A stretch of 64,000 nt of DNA from Cycas panzhihuaensis (lineage: Eukaryota > Plantae > Cycadophyta), in contig CM041465.1 in assembly GCA_023213395.1 (NCBI GenBank), positions 191,339,741-191,403,740 on the forward strand. The letters run 5' to 3'. Positions 13,246-24,697 of the stretch are shown here, one piece after another. Positions within the stretch are counted from its first letter, which is position 1; each line of letters starts with the position of its first letter. The position numbers and the translations under genes are program-made. The notes beneath the pieces are model-generated. The model had not been told where the DNA came from. It saw only the letters and a list, made by a program, of their open reading frames with translations, and did no database searches.

Positions 13246-13475
13246 AGGCTGCCGGGAACTAGAAAAAACAGCCTTCTTCTCCACAGTTTAAAGATTTTTC
13301 ACCAACATAACCCACTCTGACCTTAAAAAAAAAGGCTCCAAAATGCGAACACCAAAAAACCTTCAACCAAACCTTGGATCGCCTTGGTCTGAAGGTCGTC
13401 ACCAAGGGTTTGTTGCTTTCTTCAAAGAACTCCTTGAGCGGTGCAAAAGCAGAACAAAGGGAGCTAGTCTCCTCT

Positions 13476-13487
13476 TGCTCGATACCA
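13476..13487 (-). promoter_or_regulatory. Primer-binding site (tRNA-iMet type)
   Basis: Minus strand TGGTATCGAGCA, one base short of canonical TGGTATCAGAGC, 2 nt from the LTR end. Confidence 0.8.
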
Positions 13488-13489
13488 AA

Positions 13490-14040
13490 TGTGAAAAGAG
13501 GCTAGATGGCCTCAGGTCCCTAGATCTAGAAACTAGCATCACTCTAGTTCTAGTTGCGTAAATATAAACAAGTATAATAAACTCAAGGCAAAGAGAAAGC
13601 AAAGAGACAAAACATGAATGAAGGAGCAAGAGAAAATGATACCCAATATGTGGAGTTGGAATTGGTCCAACCTCCCAAGAATGAACAGTTTGATTAGCAA
13701 GCGATAGCATAACAATCTGACTCCAACTCTTGTGTGAGACAATGAGGAGAGGTCTCATTATATAGAGTGAAATGAGAGACCTAAGGCCTTGGATGTTTGA
13801 CAAGTGTCAAAGATCCAAGATACATGCCTTGCATGTTGGACATGTGTCCTTTTGGGCTCTTATGTGAGCAAAAGTGCATGAGGGTCCATTTGACCCTTTA
13901 GTGACAACGTTGTGTCACTAGAAAGAATGTGGGTGTGCACTTTATCACTTAAGTGATAAGTCACCCCTAAAGTAAAAAGTGCATATATTACATGAAAAAT
14001 AAAAGTACATTAACTTAACATTTAAACATAAGGTTTAACA
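13490..14040 (-). repeat. LTR (551 bp), same family as solo LTR 50252-50826
   Basis: TG..CA ends; long near-identical stretches shared with 50350-50826. Confidence 0.92.
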
Positions 14041-16124
14041 TAACAAGACATCGTATTTATAGTTAGATGGTAGGTATCAATTAATTAGATAGTTAGGGAG
14101 TAATCAATTGTTTGTAAAACTCACTAAGGCAGTCTATAGCAATCCAAACATCCTAGAAAGTTGTTTGGTCGACTTCCTTTTGTGCAGGAAAATTGTCTTC
14201 TATTAAGGAAAGTTCAATCTCATTGTTGTCCTTAATTCTGGCCAACTTCAAAACTAGTTTTTAGCCAACTTCAAGTGGGGTTTCGGTCGGCCATCTCATG
14301 GGCAGTTTGAACACCTATTTAAAAACGATGTGGGGTGGCATTAGGGCATCATCAAAGTACTTCGTGGACTGCTATTAGCTCAGCCTTTGGGCAACAATCT
14401 TGGAGGGCACCTTGCCTTGAAGAAGAACCACAATTTCAACCTTGCTACCAAGTAGACTTAGGTAACATTATATCTATTAAATTGTCATGAGCCTATTCTA
14501 TTTACCTTCTGCAATTACATACTTTATACTGTTGTTATATTTCTTCTTTATTGTTGTAAATTGTCCTTTTATTTGTATATTTTAGAGTTTCTCTCTCATT
14601 AGAGTGGAGTAATTGACATTACCATACTCCACCCTAAAACTATTGTCTCAAGTGATATCAGAGACTCGTTCGAAGCCAGTTTAAAAGAAGTTTCTTCAAG
14701 AAAAAAAGTTGATAAAAAATTCTTCCTTAAGAATGGAATTGAGATTAGGGAAACAACTTTCATCCAACAAAATAGTGAATCAACCATCAGAAACAACAAC
14801 AAATGTATCATGTCACGTTGACACTATTACGAATGATTTAGCACAGATAAAAAGGATATTCAACTACTTACAAACACTGTCATGGTAAGGAAAAGGGATA
14901 CAGGTCCAACAAGACAACAAAAACAAGAAGAGTAAATAGAAGAAGAAGAAGGAAATCTGGGGGACCAATTCAATCCTGGGCTCAAAGGAACCAAATTCCC
15001 TTTAGAAAAAGTTTGACCTAGAAAAATCCAAGGACATTCGCAGTTGAATTTTATAATTAGAGATCTACTTCAAGGCAACCCCCATGACCAACAAAGAGAA
15101 TTTGATGAGTGTCGCTCTACATCTTTATGGAAAAGCCCTAAAGTGGTATCATTGGTGGCAAAGGTTTTACAAAGGGACAAGCCATTTTAATTAGAGTTTC
15201 CTATAGAAAAGTATAATCAAGCAATATGAAGAGAATTCTAACATGGATTACTTCGCTTAGCTCACCTGCTACAACAAACGGGGTTGGTACAAGTTATACA
15301 AAACAGTTTCAAGCCTTGCATAGCTTGGTGGAAACTAATATCAACAAAGAGCAGCTAATTGAAGCATCTATTGCAAGGCTTAAAGGGAACATTAAGTACT
15401 ATCGAAGGACTTTAGAGATAAGCTTTCTCAACAAAACCATTCGATATGTCCAAAACATCAAAGCAGAATTTAGAGAGAGTAGGCAAAATTTTGTTCGTTA
15501 GTTTGAGCATGCTAGATATCAAAGCCAATAATTCCAACCCAATTTGATTCAATTAGGAACAAAAATTGGGGGCTCCCACTGCCGAGAAAAAAGATCATAT
15601 ATCGCGGGTTGAGCATATTAGGAATGGAACTTGTTTCCATTGCAGAGGAAAATATAACAAAGATCACAAATGTCCAACTAGGAAGATGTTTATGATAAAC
15701 AATGCAGAAGAAAATATACCAAAGGGAATAGACGAAGAAATTTTGGATGAAGTTACAACAAATGAAAACGAAGCAAAGATTGATGACCTCCTAAATACCA
15801 CTCCAGGGAACGTCCAAATTTCACTCCAAGCAATCACAGGCGTGGTTCGCGTACCTCAAACCCTACGATTTTTAGGAGTAATAAAAAATGCAAAAATCTC
15901 AATTTTGGGTGATAGTGGTAGTACCCACAATTTCATAAACAAACCTAAGGCAAAAAAACTAGGGCTCTAGATTAAGTCTCTAAATGTTTTTCAAGTTGCT
16001 ATTGCTAATAAGAGAACCATGCCTTCTGGGGGATATTGCCAAAAAGTAAATTTACAAATTGTTGATTAGATCACCATATCTTGTATGTTCTGGAGGCGTT
16101 GACATTCTTCTAGGGGGGGGGGGT

Positions 16125-17660
16125 GTGTGGAATAATCACAAAGGAGAAGATCATAACGGGAGAAAGTCTCCTAGCATACTTTTTAATATTGGAGCAATTC
16201 ACAAATACGTCATTTTACATCATCTATAAGTGCTTTAACAACAAAACAAAAACCATCATTCTTTTCAAAAAGTGTGGGGACTACATGTAGATAGTCATTT
16301 TTTTTAATTTGCAAAGGACAAGTGTGAAATTGATTATTTTTGGACAAAAATGCTCAAGACGGATGACAGTAAAGCAACTTAAAGACATTAAAAAGTCACT
16401 TGTTTAAAAAGTCACTTGTTTAGTAAGGGAAAACACATTTCTCCCTATTCTAATCAAGCTCGTAGTAAAAAAAGGGTCTCCCAACAAGAAATAATTAATC
16501 TTTGCATATCAAGTTTTGCATTTTGCTCAAGTCCAATATGCCTTGTAAAGGAAAACAAGTCTCCTCCAAAGAGGAAACAATTGAGAAAACCAAATAGCAA
16601 ATAGCAGAGCCTCCTTCCAAGCAAGAATCAGAGGAACCATCTCCAACCTTTGCTCAAGTGAAGGAACATATGATGTAGAACATGATTACCATGTTTCAAC
16701 AACTGATGGTTCATCAATCTCAGCAAACTCAATTACTTTTGCAAGTTCAACAAGTGCAACATGCATGTCCCTACAACAATCCCCATCTAGCAGTCATAGT
16801 TTAAATTGGACACTGACATAATTATTCCAAAGTTTCATAGCACAATTAATGTCGAAGCTTTGGATAGTTGGATTTGAAATCTTGAAGCATATTTAAGTGC
16901 TATACTGTGTTGAAGTAGAAATACATATCTCAGAGCAAGCGCTCATATGGTGGTAGACATATGTACATACACATTCAATCATCACCACATGAGAAAACTT
17001 CAAAGAAATTCTTCAAGCCCAATTTTTCCCACAATGAAAACATGAAATATTTGGTCTCTAATAAGTTGGATAGAGAATGCAACCTCCCTACAAAACTACA
17101 CCCGCAACCTTATCATTTGGATTGTGTCAAGAAAGGAGGAGGAATGCCTACCAAAGTGGACAAAATTTGTCACGTTACATTCACCATGAAGCCCTTTGTT
17201 GACACAATCACTTGTGATGTGCTGCCTATGGATTGTTGTCAAATCCTCTTAGGCAAGTCTTATCAGTATGATAGGAGTGTTATTTATTATGGGGAAAAAC
17301 ACTTACAACTTGCATAAGGATAATACGGTCAATCAACTTCATTCTTCTTCTTCCCTAATAATCTTGAAAACTCGTTCTCATGCTATAGAAACTACGAATG
17401 CTGCAAAAAGGGGCATTGTCTTGCTTCTTAGCCCAATTATAATTTTGCTAGAGACAAAAGCTAAAGTCTTATATCCAGAAATACAACTTCTGGAAGAATA
17501 TGTCGATGTCTTTCATGTAATAAAACACATCAATTTACTGTCAGGATCCACTTTGCCAAATGGACCCCTCTATAGGACTTCTATCTTAGAAGGGACAGAA
17601 CATAAAAGGCAAACTACAAAACTCATTGAAGTAGGAAGAATCCAACCAAGTTACTTTCCT
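16125..17660 (+). mobile_element. Nested fragment of another Gypsy (CRM-like gag/protease/RT start)
   Basis: HPQPYHL..CDVLPMDCCQILLG..YDR is a CRM-type protease C-terminus; HINLLSGSTLPN..RIQPS precedes RT. Host protease breaks at the poly-G near 16113. Confidence 0.65.
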
Positions 17661-19396
17661 GTGCAGCCATCGTCCTCAGAGTAGAGGTCGAACCAACGTG
17701 TTCGTTCGAAGACACCTACCCGATCTGCCTCACGGCCGCCTTCATCAAAAAGAAGGCAGCCTCAACAAAATCAACCTCACCGAAACTTCCAGAGACGCCG
17801 AGGTCCGTGGCAGAATTTTCAACCAATGAACCTTCCGTGGGGGATGCCGACCCAATTTTGGCAGTAGCCTCCACCAATGCCACAGTCGCAATGGTTCCAA
17901 CAACCTCAATGGACTCAACAGTGTGGGGGTCCTCAAGTTCGTCCTCAATCTCAGGGCAGAAGCACCACCCCAAGGCGCCCGCAAGATTAACTAGATGGGG
18001 ACCGATCCTACATAGAGCCTACTTCGCCCTTGTGTTTTTCTCCAAGATGACTCCTTCCCATATAGAGCGCTGGATTACTAATCTGGAGATCCATAACCTT
18101 TCGGATAGAAGGCTCTCCTAGTATGAGAGTAAGCTCCTAAGATTTGGTCTGAAGTACATTCTGCGTCTGCCGCTTATGAATATCCAAGAGGTTATCAAGG
18201 ATTACGAAAGCTTCACTCGCTTCCTCAGACTCAGACATTTCTACGGCAAAGAAGATGATTCGAAGCGACCCGGTAACTCGACCGAAGAAACAACGCGGCG
18301 ACCCAATGGATTTATGGCGAAGCTTCTTTGAGCAATCCGTGAGCCAAGTCGGGCATGGAAAGTAAATGGAGAATCTGGGTCAAAAGTCAAACCAACTCTT
18401 TATTTTCCGGTTCCTTTGGAGTAATAATTAGTTACAGGGTTCATTGACTTGGTCGAATCGGTCCCTGGATGACAAGGATCAGCCGGTTCACTCCGATATT
18501 GATTCTGAGTCTTGCTCGTAGTATTAATCGAAGTTGATCCTCTTAGGATTCTCAATCCCAACTGGAACCCTCTCAGCAGATATCCCCCTCTTGAGCGGAT
18601 TATCAGTATCGGGAAAGCTACCTTACTCCAACGGCTTCGTGATACTTTGTGAAAGAAGTCAGCTCCTTTCCCGCCCAAACTTTAGAAGGCCATGTCTTCA
18701 CTTCAAAGAAACAAGAACATTATCATCAAGCCTGCAGACAAGAATCTTGGCACGATGGTTCTAAACAAGTCATGTTATGTAGATGAGGCTATGAGACAAC
18801 TCAGAGATTTTCAAGTTTACCAACAAGTAGATCAAGTACCTTGGGAGCAGATGTGGAGCAGTTTGCACCAGTTCATTTACAGGTATTCTTCCACTTTGAA
18901 TCCCAGAATGAAGTTCCTACTAAAGAATCCCCCTCACTCCGCCCTCCCTTGCGCCTTCTATTTGCTTCCTAAAATTCATAAGCTTGTTTTTGCCAGTCGT
19001 CCCATTTGTGGCTTCTGCAATTACCCTCTTGAGCTTGCCTCCAAATTTCTACATTATATGATCTTGCCAGTTCTACTTAAACCAAAAAACCACCTGCCTG
19101 ATTCTATTTCACTCTTGAAATCCCTGACTAATTTCAAACTCTCATCGAACGTCTTGTTGTTTACCTTCGATGTTGAGTCTTTATACCCAAGTATTCCCAC
19201 TGTTGAAGGATGCATTGCCCTCAGAGATATGCTTGGTGAATATTTTGTTAGGGATCATCAGATGGTTAACTGCCTTGTCGAGCTTGTCGAACTTGTACTA
19301 AAGGAACATTACCATGAGTTTAATGGTCTTTTCTTTAAACAAGTTAGGGACACAGCCATGGGCAGTACTTTTGTTGTTGTCTACGCCTGTCTGTAA
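17660..19396 (+). mobile_element. Penelope-like element RT, copy 1 (3'-truncated)
   Basis: IHNLS, F.RFLRLRHF, IIKPADKNLG, FYLLPKIHK, RPI, FDVESLYPSIP, FNGLFFKQ..TAMGS..YACL are PLE N-terminal and RT motifs. Confidence 0.88.
18269..18532. other. 264-bp insertion present only in PLE copy 1
   Basis: Copy 2 reads gaagcga|gttgatcc contiguously; copy 1 has 264 extra bp at that point. Confidence 0.85.
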
Positions 19397-20985
19397 GGAA
19401 GAGTAAAATTACTGTCCATGGTTGTGCCCCTAACTTGTTTAAAGAAAAGACCATTAAACTCAAGGTAATGCTTCTCGAGTACAAGTTCGGCAAGCTCGAC
19501 AAGGCAGTTAACCATCTGATGATCCCTACCAAAATACTCACCAAGCATATCTCTGAGGGCAATGAGTCCTTCAGCAGTGGGAATACTTGGGTATAAAGAC
19601 TCAACATCGAAGGTAAACAGCAAGACATTTGATGAGAGTTTGAAATTAGTCAAGCATTTCAAGAGTGAAATAGAATCAGGCAGGTGGTTTTTCTATTTAA
19701 GTAGAACTGGCAAGATCATATAATGTAGAAATTTGGAGGCAGGCTCAAGAGTGTAATTGCAGAAGCCACAAATGGGACGATTGGCAAAAACAGGCTTATG
19801 AATTTTAGGAAGCAAATAGAAGGCACAAAGGAGGGCGGAGTGAGGGGGATTCTTTAGCAGGAACTTCATTCTGGGACTTAAAATGGAAGAATACCTATAA
19901 ATGATCCAGTGCAAACTGCTCCACATCTGCTCCCAAGGTACTTGATCTACTTGCTGGTGAACCTGAGAATCTGTGAGTTGTCTCATAGCCTCATCTACAT
20001 ACCATGACTTTTTTAGAACCATCGTGCCAAGATTCCTATTTGCAGACTTGATGATAATGTTCCTGTCTCTTTGAAGTGAAGGCAGGGCCTTCTGAAGTTT
20101 GGGCGGAAAGGAGCTGACTCCTTTCGCAAAGTATCACGAAGCCGCTGGAGTAAGGTAGCTTTCCCGATCCTGATAATCCGCTCGAAAGGGAGATATCTCC
20201 TGGGAGGGTTCCAGTTGGAATTAGGAATCCTGAAAGGATCAACTCGCTTCAAATCATCTTCTTTGCCGAAGAAATGTCTGAGTCTGAGAAGGCGAGCGAA
20301 GCTTTCGTACTCTTTGATAACATCTTGTATATTCATAGGCAACGGGCGTAGAATGTGCCTCAGACCAAATCCTAGGAGCTGACTCTCATAGTAGGAGAGT
20401 CGTTTGTCCGAAAGGTTATGGATCGTCAAATTAGTAATCCAGTGCTCTATATGGGAAGGCGTCATCCTGGCGAAAAACACAAGGGCGAAGTAAGCTCTAT
20501 CTAGGACCGGTCCCCATCTAGTTAATCTTGTGCGCGCCTTGGGGTGGTGCTTTTGCCCCGAGATTGAGGACAAACTCGAGGACCCCCACCCTATTGAGTC
20601 CATTGAGGTTGTTGGAACCATTGCGACTGTGGCATTGGTGGAGGCTGCTGCCAAAATTGGGTCGGCATCCCCCACGGAAGGTTCATTGGTTGAAAATCCT
20701 GCCATGGACCTCGACGTCTCTGGAAGTTCCAGCGAGGTTGATTTTGTTGAGGCTGCCTTCTATCTGATGAGGGCGGCCGTGAGGCAGATCGGGTAGGCGT
20801 CTTCGAGCAATGGCGGGTTCAACCTCTGCTCAAGACGATGGTCGCATGACAGGAGTGGAGCTGCTCCCTACCCCACTCCCAAGTGACCCATTTTTTGGAC
20901 TCTATTGAGCTGAGTTGTTGTTTTGTTGCCTGTTAGATTTGTTCTTTCTTCTTTTGTTGTCATTTTTAACATCGTCACAATAAAT
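19397..20985 (-). mobile_element. Penelope-like element RT, copy 2, inverted relative to copy 1
   Basis: ORFs 20013-20705, 19693-20022 and 19381-19662 are collinear homologues of copy 1; ~130 bp of extra 5' flank to about 20985. Confidence 0.88.
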
Positions 20986-23900
20986 TAATTAAAGGGTCAC
21001 ACACATAGCTACCCCTTTAACAGATTTGACAAAGAAAAATGCATTTATCTGGACCCAAGATGCAGAAGGAGCCTTTTAGGAACTCAAGATGACAATGACC
21101 AAGCTCCTATATTGGCAATGCTCGATTTTCCCCAGCCATTCACCATTGAATGTGATGCATTGAGATTAGGAATAAGAGCAATACTTTTATAAGAAGGGAG
21201 TCCTTTAGCATACGAAAGCAAGAAGCTTGACACCTATGAATGCCTCAACCTGATTTACAACAAGGAAATGACAGCTATCATGCATGCCATACATCAATGG
21301 CAGCAATACTTGTTGGGTAATAAATTCATAGTCAAAACAGATCATGATAGATTGAAATGTTTTCTCGGCCAAGCTTCATATCAGATGAGCAACAAAAATG
21401 GGTGAGCAAGCTATAGGCCTTCGATTTTTCGATCGTCTACAAGAAAGGAAAAGAAAATGTTATAGCAAACGCTTTACCCAAGGTACCGACAAGAGATCAC
21501 AAAGATGACCAGTCTTCCTTGCTAAGCATTATTGTAATCACTCTTGAATGGATCAAAGAGTTAGTTCGCAATTATACCTACGACGCTCTATCTCAAGAAG
21601 TTTTACAAGAAATCAAAAAGGGTAACAATACAAAGTATAGCCTTCGTGGGAAACTAATCTTAAGGAAAGGGAAGGTGCTAGTTCCTGCAAATGCCACAAT
21701 AAAAACAAAGATTCTAGAAGAAACACATTGTTCTGCAATCGAGGGCCACACCAAAATAGATAAAACCTATCGACAAATTCAAGATAATTTTTTCTGAAAA
21801 GGAATGAAAACCGAAATACAAAAGTTCGTAGTGAAATACAATGTCTACCAAATGAAGAAATGTGAAAATCAGAAAATTCTTGGCTTACTCCAACCGTTGC
21901 ATATTCCAAAGCAAAAGTGGGAAGAGATATCCATGGATTTTATCACAAGACTTTTTAAATAAGAAAGAAAAGATGCCATCTTCGTAGTGGTTGATCGACT
22001 GACAAATTACACCCATTTTTGGGGCACACAAGCAGTTGGAAAGGTGACTCAGATAGCAAAATTGTTTATCAAAGAAACTTGCCGCCTCCATGGTTTTTCA
22101 AAAATAATTGCCAACAATCAAGATCCCAAGTTTACAAACAATTTTTGGCAAGAACTATTCAAATTGACAAGTACCAAATTAAACTTGATCACAACATATC
22201 ACCCGCAAACCGATGGACAAATTGAGGCTATCAATAAATGCCTTAAAAGTTACCTACGTAATTTCGTTGCAGATAGGCCTCACCAATGGCATAAATGGCT
22301 TCATTTGGCCGAATGGTGATATAACACCACTTAACATATTGCGGCTAAAATGACTCCATTCCAAGCCCTATATGGGTTTGAATCACCCTCAATTTTGAAC
22401 TAGACAAGACCCTCGAAAGTCCAAGCGGTTGAAGAACAACAACAACAGATGCAACAAACGCTAGAGGTTTTAAAGGACAACTTGAATTTAATATAAAATA
22501 GAATGAAACAACAAGAAGATCTCCATCAAATAGAAAGAACTTTCATGCTAGGAGATTGGGCATTTCTTCGTTTGCAACCATACAAACAAACCATCTTAAA
22601 GCAAGCAAGTCGATACAAGTTACAACCTAAATTCTTCGGGCCTTACAAAGCTTTGGCCAAAATTGGCGAAGTAGCATATCAATTGGAGCTTCCTCCTACC
22701 AACCACATTCACAATACGTTTCATGTTTCTTGTCTCAAAAAGAAGCTTGGGGAAGGAGTTGCGATTCAAACAAATCTCCTCATATTAGATAATAAAGGAA
22801 AAATATCAGTAGAACCTAACGTGATTCTGCAAGTTTGCACCAAAAGACTACGTTCTAAAGAGATAAAGGAATACCTTCTTAAGTGGAAGATAGGGGCAAA
22901 GCACAATTTCAAGGGGTGTGAATTGTAGCAATCCAAACATCCTAAAAAGTTGTCTGGCCAACTTACTTTTGTACAAGAAAACCAACATCAGTTGAGGAAA
23001 GTTCAGTCTCATTGCTCTCCTTAATTATGGCCAACTTCAAAACTAGTTTTTAGTTGACTTCAAGTGGGGTTTTGGCCGACCATCTCATGGGTAGTTTGAG
23101 TGCCTATTTAAAGAGGATGTGGGGCGGCAATAGGGCATCATCAGAGCACTTTGTGGACTGCTATTAGCTCGACCTTTGGGCAACAATCTTGGAGGGCACC
23201 TCGCCTAAAAAAGGAACCACAATTTCAGCCTTGCTACCAAGCTGACTTGGGTAACATTGTATCTATTAAATTGTCATCAATCTATTCTATTTACCTTTTG
23301 CAATTACATACTTTGTACTATTGTTATATTTCTCCTCTATTACTATAAATTGTAATTTTATTGGTATATTCTGGAGTTTATCTATCATTAGAGTGGAGTA
23401 ACAAACATTACCATACTTCGCCCTATAACTATTGCCTCACAGTCAATTGAATAACTAGATGATTAGGTACAAGGTCCTCAATATAAATTGAGGCATATCA
23501 TTAAACAGATTGATTGTGAGTGTGTAGTGATTATATTATTCCAGAGATAATAGAAGAGATTGTCTTTTCATCTCCCTCTTTGACAATCCCACAATCAGGT
23601 AACATTCTTTGACTTACAGTCAGCATCATTTCACATCAAAAGGATTAACAAAACATTCTTGTACAACATATTTGACTAACAACAATATATTGTGTTTTAT
23701 GAAGTTCATAAAACACGTATAAGAAACATTTCCTAAATAACTAGCAATTGCAGCAATTGGTTAGCCACGCATTTCGATAAATGGTTGTTTTATATGGACA
23801 TCAATGAATCGTTTGATTAATGATTTGATGAGTTTTATTTGTAACTTACAAGTGCAAGATATGAAATTGACGACGAAAAAACTTCCTATATCATGATGAG

Positions 23901-24156
23901 TTGAGAGTCATGAGTTGTGGTTGTTTGTTTGATTGATGGATGGATTTACAGGTGGTTGGTATGAAACATTGTTACGATGTGACATGTCGATTACATGACA
24001 GAATCGCTCACAAGAAACAAGCATAATGAAGATAATTTTAGCAAATTGACTTATAGGTGATATAGTCAAAACAAGGATATATAAATAAGTAGGTGATCCA
24101 ACATGAAAACATGAAGAGACAGAATAAAGACATGAAGATCTACAAATTAAACATTA

Positions 24157-24629
24157 AGGGGGAGTATTAGAGTGTTTAAATATTGAGTTTCGCAAATAAC
24201 AATGTAATGTTTAATTAGTGGGTTAAGTGGTTAGATAGTCATTGGTAGACGTGAAAAATTCCCACATATATGATGTGATTGGTTATTATATCGACATGAT
24301 ATGATTGTCTATACATAGAGGTGAAGAATTTATAAATATGTACACACCGTTTGAATATTTTGAGATCAGCTAATGGAGAAAGCTATATTCAACCCTTCTC
24401 CTGCGATTTTTCCCATCTTGGACTTTCCATGTCTAAATCTAGTGTCCCATATATTATCTTTCTCTTATGATTGTTGTGCTTATTGATGTGTACATACTTC
24501 ATCAATTATGGTTGAATGCTTATCATATCAATGTTTATATGTCATTATTATTCATTACAATTTCATATTGATGATTGCTTCACATATCTATATGCTTCAA
24601 TATATTGTCCTGTGCAATAAATTTCAACA
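24157..24629 (+). mobile_element. Probable Copia 3' remnant (PPT plus degenerate LTR)
   Basis: AGGGGGAG PPT followed by TATTAG (TG mutated) ... TTTCAACA; no partner LTR. Confidence 0.4.
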
Positions 24630-24697
24630 ATTAATCCCTCTCTTAGACACACGGAAATAAGTGATATTAATGTAGGACATAGTAGAATGATGTCTAT

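Larger units (their letters stand above)
12526..14040 (-). mobile_element. 5' end of a Copia element (LTR, PBS, leader, gag start)
   Basis: LTR 13490-14040, PBS 13476-13487, Copia gag UBN2-like DDPAEIWTKLCDTFE..ISSYLNKI at 12526-12800. Confidence 0.85.
14135..23439 (+). mobile_element. Chromovirus Ty3/Gypsy with both LTRs, nested inserts and RT core deleted
   Basis: LTRs 14135-14650 and 22924-23439, TSD CAGTC/CAGTC, degenerate PBS TGATATCAGAG at 14653, PPT 22911-22923, protease DSGSTHNF, RH/INT 21000-22700, chromodomain start KEYLLKWK. Confidence 0.93.

Noticed and set aside
13399-13803. ORF repeated at 50267-50539
   Set aside because: Incidental ORF inside LTR copies
17716-17973. Antisense ORF conserved at 20530-20796
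   Set aside because: Explained by the inverted duplication of GC-rich, Ser/Thr-rich sense sequence
20764-20800. Hammerhead ribozyme core CTGATGAG
   Set aside because: Antisense to the PLE, no stem II plus GAAA, and not conserved in the other arm
23445-23610. Possible older LTR joined with 14041-14129
   Set aside because: No termini, partner or TSD could be established
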